64,000 bases of DNA from Basidiobolus meristosporus CBS 931.73 (lineage: Eukaryota > Fungi > Basidiobolomycota): the NCBI GenBank assembly GCA_002104905.1, contig MCFE01000327.1, positions 1-64,000 on the forward strand, written 5' to 3'. Each line of letters begins with the position of its first letter. The first letter of the stretch is position 1. The notes under the pieces were generated by a model, which saw only the letters and a program-made list of their open reading frames with translations, was not told the origin of the DNA and made no database searches. Positions 12,589-22,891 of the stretch are shown in pieces. The translations under genes and the position numbers were made by a program.

Positions 12589-13758
12589 ATGCATATGGAA
12601 AGCGCCAAAGGAAACAGTTCACCCAAAACTGGCAATACCCCTCCCAATAGCGAGAACCAAGATGATATCGAAAACAAAACCAACCTGCAAGTGTTAAGAG
12701 ATATGGTACAAGCGTTACGTATGACAAGAGCCACCTATGAAGAGTTGTTTGCCGGAGTAGTCACGCTAATATGAGACACGATCAGAGAGGGACGAGACAA
12801 GTTACCCACGCCGATACAAAGCATGGAGATACTACCTGAGAAGACCGTGTACCACCTAAGAGGAGGTTCCTTGATCATTAAGGAGAAGGACGCCGCGCTG
12901 ATTCCCGTATCCATACTGGACACAGTCAGACAGAAGACACAAGGAATCAACTGTCGCGCCCTCACAAGACCTCGAGAGCCCCCCTGTTTTGTTGCATACT
13001 TGCCATTAATAGGTACCACGGTTGTTGAGGTATACGCAGACCTGGTACAAACTGCAAGAGCACCAGAAGTAGAACTCCCGATCGAAGGACTCCTCCAAGA
13101 AATTTGCAAACATCTCGAACCACATTTCCAAGAAGGAACCATCTTAGAGAAGATACGCGAACGGATTAAATACACTGGCCAGTTAACCCATGTGATCCAC
13201 CAAGTTGCTGTGTTACAACTATTACAGTGGTTTACCATAGGACAACTCAGGAATCAGTACGAAGTCCAACTCCAAGAAGCCAAAGAAACCGCCGCGGATT
13301 CTGTAGAAACCATGAGGCAAGTATGAAAGCGCCTTGATTGCGCCACAGTTTCTACGGAAGAACTACAATATGTCTTGGAAGAAGCAAAAACTTGTTATTG
13401 ACAACGGGTGACTGCCGACCAAGTGTACGCCCTCTTCAAAAGGTCCCCCGCCGTCATATTGAACATGAAAAGGACAAGCCCCAATAACGTTTGCAAGATA
13501 AAGAAGCAAGACTTTATTGTGCTATTGCACCTTTTCTCGTTCTCCGACCCTCCCAAGGAACTTACCCAGAACCCTATGGTTTGCCAACTATTTGGCTCTG
13601 TGGAAAACATCCCTCGAGCAACACAGGCCGCACCCCACTCTGCCGCTGAATGGTATCAGGTACTCGCCCGCGATCCCCTCGCGAGTGACAACCAGCAATG
13701 GTACTACGGTGACTCCCCATGCTCTGTAAACAAAATTGATCCTGGAGAAGCGAGTTAG
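12589..13758 (+). pseudogene. ORF3 of the young Gypsy element, ~389 aa when three in-frame TGA codons (12772, 13324, 13399) are read as CGA; function unknown
   Basis: ORF-track pieces 12565-12774, 12823-13326 and 13408-13758 are in one frame and separated only by single TGA codons; lies between IN and the 3' LTR. Confidence 0.8.
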
Positions 13759-13802
13759 TCAAAGAACTTTGAGGACAAAGCTCCCACTTAACCCCCGGGA
13801 TA

Positions 13803-14189
13803 TGTGAGTACTCAATGTAGTACCCACTCTTTGCCCAAGAGTTCTCCCAAGAGTTCCCTCCAGAGTCCTACCCAAAGTCCTCCAGTACCCTCCCTATGAT
13901 TCCCCCACGCGTCCTCCCCTCCTATCCCTGCCCTTATCTAGTTAGAACACTTACCATAACAGGAAGGTGTTCACACCCCTATTTTATAACACATTGTCTA
14001 TTGTCTAAGCCCCCCCAAGTGATATATATATCTACCCAATTGAACCAGGAAGAACAACGAGATTTGGACGAAATAAACAGAAGTCTTTATTACCTTGCTA
14101 CCTTCTATCGGAAGCTATTCTGAACCAAGTGGTACTGACTTGACCTACAAGCTCTCCCACTCACCAAGTACAGTCAGTAATAACCCACA
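13803..14189 (+). repeat. 3' LTR of the young element
   Basis: Identical to the 5' LTR except 13832 (C>T) and 13874 (G>A), both at CpG. Confidence 0.97.
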
Positions 14190-14194
14190 TCCTC

Positions 14195-15680
14195 CTGTAA
14201 TACTGCCATGAGGAACATCTGGGTGCCTTTTCTTAGTGCTCTACAGAACTGCGTCTTGCTAAGTTCACATGTTTCACACACACTGGAATTGACCAAGTTA
14301 AAATCCAGTCTGACAGGTAATAGCTCATAGGTCTTGTCCTTCTGGATCTGAGTAGCATGAGTTCTCCAGTTGATTGATGAATTACAACAAAATAGCCAGG
14401 TTTTCCCAAGTACAAGGTCAAACTTGCAGTTCCCAAATATATAGGCATGTAGATCTTCTTCATTGTCATTGATCTTTATCCTTACTGGCAGGGTAATATG
14501 TTGATTATGTGAGAGTTCCTATCAGCTGTTAAGACTGAAGTTGATTTGGTGGGTTCCAAATTGATTCCAGCTTTCAAAGCAAATTGCTCTGACATGCACT
14601 CATGCAATGCTCCTGAGTCAATCATGATCTTGGCAGGTACTCCATTGACTACTCCATTCAAGTATAATAGCTTTCCTGAGTTTGAGGTCATCTGGGATAG
14701 GTATTCTTCTGTCATATGGAAGGTGAGTTCTGAGTCTTCTTCAAGTTCATCCTCCATGTTACTATGTTCCATGGCCTCAATATGGCTAAAGGTTCTTGAT
14801 GGCTTGTGTCCATTTCTTCTCTGAGGGCAGTACTTTGCAATATGTCCCTGCTAGTGGCAATTGAAGCAAAGTCCTTTCTTCTTACATTCTTCTGAGGTAG
14901 GGTTCTTTTGCATAGCATCTATTTCCATTAGCACTGCTTCTGATTATATGCTTTTATAGTGGTTGTAGCCTCTCTGATTAGTCATTGTGTGCTTTCCAAC
15001 TCCAAACATAGCTGAGTCATAGTCAATGGCAATCTTGATGGCTTCTTCAATAGTCTGAGGTCTTTGATAACTCACTTCCTTACAAGTTCTTTCTTTCAAC
15101 CCATCAATAAGATATTCAACTTGACCAGAGGGTCCATTCTTTCAATTTGCCCAAGTAGACATCTATATTCATAGATGTACTCTAGGACCATGCCTTTCTG
15201 TCTGACTGTCTTCAACTTGCTTCTTAGTAGTGTCTGTTGGTGTGGGGGCTCAAAGGCATCCTGAATTTCCAACACAAACTCATCCCAAGTAGAGATTGTA
15301 GAGCATCCCATCATGGTGGCTGACCTGATCCTGTTGTGGTACCACTGTAAAGCTGCGTCTGCCAGGTAAGAGGCTGCATAATGTAACTTGCTTTCTGGAG
15401 CAATTCCCTTACCCTTGAAAGCTTATTCAATCTGGAAGAGCCAAGTACCCAGGTTTTTATTGACTCTACCATAGTACCGGTTGACCTTCACACTAAAGTT
15501 GCTCTTGACAGGGTTTTGCTGGCTTTGGGCCATGGTAGTCATTCCTTGTTGCTGCTGGCTAAGGATCTGGAGTAACTGTTGCTGCTGGGCCAGGTTTGTT
15601 GCATAGCATTCTTCCATTCTTGATTTTTGGATATCTTGAGGGAGGCTTCTTCTCTCTTCAGGAGGGATTTTCTGGTTATC
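14195..15680 (-). pseudogene. gag: A1 gag and aspartic protease
   Basis: WDEFVLEIQDAFEPP (retrotransposon gag), CCHC knuckle remnant, KIMIDSGA protease motif. Confidence 0.9.
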
Positions 15681-15691
15681 ACTGCTACCAA

Positions 15692-16060
15692 TGTTACAAG
15701 TCTTGGTTTAAGAGTTGCAGAGGAATAGGGAGTTTAGATAGTATTGTACTCACTAAAACTTGAACTGACCTTTATTGAGATTCCAGCAGCTCCTTATATA
15801 AATTTTGCCAGATCAATTGCTGACCAATTGTATTTCCTAATGTAGGCTGTGGCTGATGACTCATTTGATTGCATCATCATCACCCAATAAGATCCTACCT
15901 AATATATCTATTTCTGTCTGAAAAGGATCTGCTGATTCATTTGCAGACTAATGCTACTGATGTGATAGTTAATACTGATATACTGATAACCTAAGCATAT
16001 AGCTAATTGAATTGACTAAAAGCTGATCTAACTTCAACATTCAAGTGGCAGATCATAATA
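15692..16060 (-). repeat. A1 5' LTR
   Basis: Direct repeat of 4354-4722; PBS complement actgctaccaa immediately to the left. Confidence 0.9.
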
Positions 16061-16064
16061 GGCT

Positions 16065-16725
16065 AAAGGGATTGCCCCAGAAAGCAAGTTACAATATGCA
16101 GCCTATTACCTGGCAAATTTAGCCTTACAGTCATATCACAGCAAGATCAGGTCAGCTATTATGATGGGATGCTCTACTATCTCTACCTGGGATGAGTTTG
16201 TGTTGGAAATTCAAGATGCCTTTAAGCCTCTGCACTGGCAGACAATACTAAGAAGCAAGCTGAAGACACTCAGACAGAAAGGAATGCTTCAAGTATACAT
16301 CTATGAGTATAGATGTCTACTATGACATACTGTAAGAATGGACCCCTTGGATCCTGTTGAATACATTATTGATGGGTTGAAAGAAAGAGCTTGCACAGAA
16401 GTGAATCATTGAAGATCCCAGACTGCTGAAGAAGCCATCAAGATTGCCATTGACTATAACCTAGCTATATTTGGAGTTGTGAAGCCTACAAAGACTAATC
16501 ACAGAGGCTCTATTCACTATGATGGAGGACAATCAAAAGCAGTGCTAATGGAAATAGATGCTAAGCAGAAGAATTTTACCTCAGCAGAATGTAAGAAGAA
16601 TGGTCTTTACTATGAATGCCACCAGTAAGGACATATTGCAAAGTACTGGCCACAGAGAAGAAGTGGACACCAGCCAACAAGAACATTTAACCACATCAAA
16701 GCCCATGAGCATAGTCACATGGATG
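16065..16725 (+). pseudogene. gag: Copy A0 gag, 3' part, truncated
   Basis: Continues 4353 after the TSD; aligns to the reverse complement of 14760-15410. Confidence 0.8.
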
Positions 16726-16994
16726 ACTAAGAGGTACTGATCCCATCTGGACACTGTCCAGAGACCATTGAAAAATAATTGCACCCCAGATTTAACAAAA
16801 AACTTGGTCAAATTTTTTGTTACAACAATGTGTAAGTGGCTTTTGATTGGTTTCCTGCCAGCTTTCTCACTTTCTGATCTGGGACACTCTAATGCCTCCT
16901 ATGTTTGTGTGCATTGATTGGCTATTACCTCTTTTTCACACTCCTTACTTCCTGACTCAACCATTTCTTTTACTTTTTGCGCATACAAATTGAT

Positions 16995-19070
16995 TTATTT
17001 CCATTGAAACTTCAGTTGTACCTTAATTGCCAATTGTATTGACCTATACAACTCCCTATACCCTACGCAAACACTAAGCCCAACCCCACACTCAACAAGT
17101 AACACCATTAAAATCCACCACTCACTAAGTATTTCTGCTGTAATGTTCTGGTTCCACAGCTTTGGTGGGAACACAATGACTTTATGCCACTGTTCATTCA
17201 CTGGTTCCCACACATCCTGTTCTTTGGCCAGCACCACAAGGTCTAGCATTGCATCTGCCAGTCTTTGCATTAAGTCCTTGCAATACTCCAGTGCGCTTTG
17301 TTGAGCACTGCTCCTGAAGAAGTGCTGCAACCTCTTGGTGTGCCTATTAATGTTCCAAAACTCCACTGAAGGCATTGCAATAGTCTTTTAAGCTCTTGAT
17401 GTTGTAGCCTTGTCTGTCATTGGGATCTCCACTCTGTCAACAATGGAGGTTGTGGAGGCTGTGGTAGACAAATTGCCTTTTTCAGTATACTCATCTACCT
17501 TGCTGGAGTGTAGCTCAACTGGCTGCGCTTCTAACTTTTGTGAAAACAGCTGTTTTCTTGTTGGTAATTTTTCTTGGCAGTGATGGGATCCAGTCTGTTC
17601 TAGGCTTGTGGCATTAATTGGCAAGAACTGCAGTTTTCTGCATGCCTCCTTGTCTCAGGCTTGGGTAGACATTTTTCCCTTTGCCTTTTCCTTTATCACT
17701 GCTAGGTCTTTCACTGCTACTTTGTCTGAGTGCTTCTTGTAAAGAACCACTATTTCTTCTTGATATATTCAGCTCTGATGCATCTGTTTTGGCCTGCTTG
17801 TCCCTTGCTGGCACTCTTCTGGCAACCTGATATTTCTTTTCTGCTTCTTTTGAGTGCTCAACTGCAGTTGTGACAGGCTCCTGTAAAAGCCACTGGTTTT
17901 ATCACTGTCAGGTCCTTCACTGCTACTTTGACTGAGTGCTTCTTGAGTGGTACTATGCCTTTTCCTTGACAAATGTTGTGCTGGTGCATCTGTGTCTGCC
18001 TGCTTGTCCCTAATTGGCACTCCTTCAGCTTCCTGACATCACTTTGAAGCTTGTGTAGAGCTTTCAGCCCTGCTTGTAACAGGATCTAGAGGAAGTTGCT
18101 GGTTTTTAGCCATGGCACCCTGGTTCTTCTGCCATTGATAGTTTCTGCTATTCTTAAGATACTTTCTTAGCATACCAATGGTAGCATAAAATCCATTTGT
18201 CTGTTTGAATCCAGGATAATGCTCACTGAACAAGTCAAGTGCATTCTGTGCATTCTGCTTAGCTTTGACTTCCTGATAGTCCCAGGGTATGCTGGCCTTA
18301 AGGTGATGGTGCACAAGACTTCTGACGGCCTCTTGAATATTAGCCCAATTTTCATTATTGCACTTAACAACTTCATGGATCTTCAATGTCTTTTGATTTT
18401 TAGGCTTTGGTATAAACACCTCCTTGTCTCCCTCCCATGCTGTGATAGGCTTTTTGGTGGGCTTTATCTTTGGGCACTGTTGTTATGCTTCAAGGACTGT
18501 AAAGTCTTCCTCTGCTGTTACATTGGGAAATGGTGCAATTCTTGGCTGTGACATTGAGCTACTTGAGTTCCTTCTTTGCAGCAAAGGTACTGGTTTCTCT
18601 ACCTGGGATACGGTTTGCTCTACATGAATTATCTGCCTATCCTGCTTCTGGACTACTTCCTGATTTCTCTGGGCCATTGAATCTATCCTATCAGCCACTG
18701 CACCTAATTGCTTCATTGATGCTTTGGTATGAGTTGACAACATACTTGCTAATATGCATGGTGGTGATATTATGACAGCCACTTGCTGGTCATCAACTGA
18801 GGGTACTGCATTTGCTACATTATCATCTGCCTGAGCATAATGGTCAGCTTGTGGCTCTGCAGAGGTTCTCACTTGCCTACTTGACTGAGTGCCTGAGGAG
18901 TCCACATTATTACCTTCAATGGGCACACTGTCCACAGGGCCTTTTTTGGATGTAGCCCTGCTTGTTGCATTGAATGTCAAAGCTAGCTGCTTTCCAACCT
19001 TACTTCTGTTGCTGGCAGTGGTGGGGTTTGGTTGGGAACCAGACAACTTTGCTATATTTTTTGGCAGCAT
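16995..19070 (-). pseudogene. Family B ORF2 (~690 codons, low-complexity S/Q/K-rich with two conserved globular blocks); putative TnpA-role accessory protein
   Basis: ORF-track pieces 18483-19070, 18039-18419, 17769-18020, 17388-17624 and 16995-17375 share a frame, with 17614-17814 shifted; homologs at 30.8-32.3, 40.3-42.2 and 51.7-52.2 kb. Confidence 0.7.
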
Positions 19071-19291
19071 AAATATGGAAGTGAGTCAAACTAAAGGGGA
19101 GATAGTGTTACATATACATGTGTATGTGGTGCCACAACTGTATTTACATTGCTTACTATGGCGGGTCATCATTAAATCTTACATTCATGTATGTGCAATG
19201 TCTCAAACACAAGACTGTCTTAAGTTCACATGAGTATTGACAAAAAGTGATATAATAGTGTTACGTTGTTGAAGGTCAAACTGTTTGCCCA

Positions 19292-21574
19292 ATGGACAAG
19301 CCTACTTTGACTCAACACCATAAGAGAAGAGAAAAAAGACCATGTGGCTATTGTGGCAAGCCTCTCAGCCATAAAGCACACAAACAGCATAGAAAGTATT
19401 ACAAGGATCACGGCCAATGTTTTGCCACACAAGTCATATTTGACCATTCATTGGTCACTACTATACCAACATTATCATGCTGGCCAGTTGATACCTCTGT
19501 ATCAGCACCTGGCCATCTTTGTCACCTTGTGCAAATGGAGTCAGGTGAGTTTGTGACACCTTTAGGCTCACCTCAGCCTTCAGAATATGGAATGCAGAGT
19601 GATAGCTCTGACAAAGAAGGTTTACTAATGGATTTTGAGCCCATCTCCCCCAACAACAGTACTGTATATGAGCCTGGTCAAATCCTTATATGCAATGAGA
19701 CAACACCTGCTGAGACAAATGCCAAGGATACTTTATGGAGCCAAGTGAGCTCAGTAATTCATCTACTGGTGAATGATGTGATGTTGTGGCTAGAAAAATG
19801 GCATGTTTCCACTAATATCAATAATGGGGCTTTGAGGATATACTACTTCTTTGTGCCAAGATCATACCAGGATGCAACTTACAATGTACATAGTACAGGT
19901 GGACAATTGTAATATGGCCGGCTACATATGATCCAGAGACTGTACTGATTCCAGCATGTGCTCACAGTTGCATGGCATTCACATCCAAAAATGCTACCAT
20001 TGCAATATGTCCAAATTGTCAGGAATCCACCACCATTGAGGGTAAACATTGTTCACACTCCAGATATATTCCAATTGTACCCCATCTGAGGAAGCTGATG
20101 CAGTCCAACAAATATTGCAAAGCTATACATTACTGCACTTAGTATCAATCAAGTGCAAACATATCCAATATATTTGATGGCTAATATTACAAACAGCTAA
20201 GAAGCAAGGGCTACTTTGATGGTATGTATGACCATGCCTTTGCATTGGCACTTGATGGATTCTCATTCAACAAGTACTCTACCAGTAAGTCCTGCTGCTC
20301 ACTGATTCTCATAGATCTGAATTTACCACCCATCTTGTGGTACCAGAGCAATAATCTGATGGTAGTTTTGCTGGTATCTGGGCCTAAATCTCTGTCTAAC
20401 CTGGATAGCTACCCATATCCATTGCTGGATGATTTTTGTATGCTTTCCAGCAGGATAGCAGGAAATGGCTGTCATATAAAAGCAAATAGTATTATCAGCA
20501 TTGGAGATACCCCAGTCATAAGCAAGATAGCAGGTTTTTCCAGGCACTATGGATGGTATTGCTGCCAAATGTGTGTGATCCAGGGGATTTACTCCATAAC
20601 CCACACATATTATTATTACCCAAACACCAGTACTAAGAACCTCATCTTTCCACAGAGAGAATGTACCAAAGTCAGCATGCAATTGCAGCAAAGTTGGCAA
20701 GTTATAAGCCATTGGCTAGAATATGGAATCAATTGGAAACCAGAGATTCTTAAGATGGAGGGAATCTGTTGGCACAAAGGCTTTCCACTAGGAGCAATGG
20801 ATTTGCTTTTCAACAATATACCTATACTGATGACCAAGTTGTACATGGGAAATTTCAAGCTAAATGAGCCTTTGGAGTTACCAGAGAAAACTGAAAGAAT
20901 TGGCAAAATATTGCAGAGTATCTAAACAAGTCCTTTGAGATACTGGAAAAATTTGAAAGAATTGGCAAGATATTATAGAGTATTTGCTACCCTAAGTACT
21001 TCTCACTGGCTCCAATTAATATTGTATACATATGTAACAATACAAATGCAAAGACTGGATGAACTGGATATGTACTTATTCAAGGAGTGTTCTGAAGCCA
21101 CTCCTTGTAAGAGTACATTGGAAATATTGGGAGTCATATGTAGACATTGTAGGAAAATTTATACAGAAGCAGATCACCAAGGCCACTTTGACACATCTAC
21201 AGCTGTTGTGCAAAGAGTTTGTGATGGGATTTGAGCAGCTATACTTCAAACATAAAGCTGAACATGTAGATCTCTGCTGCTACTGTATCCATTCTCTACT
21301 CCATCTTGCATGGTGGGTGGAGAATACTGGGCCTTGTTTCACCTTTTGGGAGTTTCCTATGGAGCAGATGTGTGGGGAGATTAGAAGACAAGTCAAGTTG
21401 TATGTACTAACATGCCCCAATCAGATCAAGAATATTACCTTCAAGTGTGTCATTGATGTGATGAGTTGGCACATGGAGGACAGCCAGGAAGAGTTGGAAA
21501 ATACTGAGGACAGATGTTCACATGGAGACACCTATGCCTATGGCATTAAGAAACTGAGCAGCCCCAATGTGTGA
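19292..21574 (+). pseudogene. CACTA/EnSpm transposase (Transposase_21/tnp2-like with DUF4218-like C-terminal region)
   Basis: ALDGFSF...LIDLNLPP...SGPK..SNLDSYPYPL; GDTP.ISKIAGF; GPCFTFWEFPMEQMCG; N-terminal CxxC motifs. Confidence 0.85.
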
Positions 21575-22891
21575 GTAATCAGCTAAGTAATGCAAAGTTG
21601 GGTTGGGTGCAACAGACAAATAGTTTTTATTAGGAAAACTCTACTAAGGTATGCTGGATTCCTTTTGGTCACAAGCCAACTTCTACACCATTCAATATGG
21701 AATTCACACAAACAACAGCCAGAGTGCACCTATATGGGGAACTAGAATCCAGCAGAGAGAAGGAATATTTTGACTAAGTACCAAGAAGGTCTTTGCGGAT
21801 ATTCAGGTGGTATTCATGGTAGAAGTGGCAACAACCAAGGATATATTTGCAAGAAATATATATTACCAGCAATAAAAGATATATGGAAGCTTTACAAGTA
21901 TCACACTGATAAGCCATAAAGTTGAGGTGATAGAAGTATGTCAATTGCAGCAGGTGTACATGTTTATAAAGGTTAGTAAGCAGGAGGCCATAGTTTTTTT
22001 GATCTGAACTATATGTGGAGAACCCAAGGTAGTAGTGGCTAAGCAAATAATGAGGGGTGATTCTACAGTGGAACATAAGAATTGCACAAGGGGAAGTAGC
22101 AAAAGTAAATACCATTTGGTAAACTGGGACATAAGCAATATACAGAACCAGCTGTAGGCCATCATACGGCTAGTGTTATGCCACCAGAGTGTTGCTGCAA
22201 GGCCTTCAAAACACTGCCAAGTTTCTTGTCATATAAGGGAACTGGATGCCCTGGGCAGTTGGATCCACTTACAACAGTTGTAGAGTGCTAAAAGACTGCA
22301 ACTATACCATGCAACTGTTGTCACTGCACCAATTTATTACTGTCAAGTTTTGTCCCAATATTTGGTTGTATAATTAGCAAAACACCATTGTGATCCCATC
22401 ATAAGATTCTTAAGAGGGTCACCAATTCTAAGTTGCAGGTGTTATGACAGTCTCTAAACAGGATCCTGATGGCTGATCCAGACTGGATCCACCTGCAGGA
22501 TCAAACTATTGCTCATAGGGCCTTCTTCTTCAGAGCAATTACTTTGTGTACCATATTCAGAAAGCCGAGGTGAGACTGAACATATCACAAACTCAACTCA
22601 GTTTGTGCAAGGTTACAAGTACAGCCAGATGCTATTATAGAAATACTAGGGGTGGGCAACATATTGCTAGTAATGTAGTGACTGATGAATGGCTAAGAAT
22701 GACATGTATGGCAAAATACTAGCAATGAACCTTGTAATTGCTGAAATGTTGGACTATTTAGTATCATTCAACAGCTAATAATATACTCAACAATTCAGGA
22801 CTAGTCTTGGTCACTGTGGGACTAATTTACAGCCCTATTGATGCCACTTTCTTCAGATCTATGATCCTAAGATTATTCCCCAATAGTGAAG

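Larger units (their letters stand above)
7419..14189 (+). mobile_element. Young Ty3/Gypsy LTR retrotransposon with gag, pol and an extra ORF3
   Basis: 387-bp LTRs 7419-7805 and 13803-14189 (TG...CA) differing at 2 sites; 5-bp TSD TCCTC (7414-7418, 14190-14194); host A1 sequence rejoins exactly across the TSD. Confidence 0.97.
4354..16060 (-). mobile_element. Full-length degenerate Ty3/Gypsy element A1 (contains nested young element at 7419-14189)
   Basis: LTRs 4354-4722 and 15692-16060 (369 bp each); TSD GGCT at 4350-4353 and 16061-16064; PBS tggtagcag; PPT next to the 3' LTR; order gag-PR-RT-RH-IN. Confidence 0.93.
16730..22520. mobile_element. CACTA/EnSpm-type DNA transposon, family B copy B1 (termini not resolved)
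   Basis: tnp2-type transposase on +, divergent ORF2 on -, arms shared with other copies. Confidence 0.75.

Noticed and set aside
12460-13802. Calling ORF3 an env gene
   Set aside because: No signal peptide, furin site plus fusion peptide, or C-terminal transmembrane helix is visible
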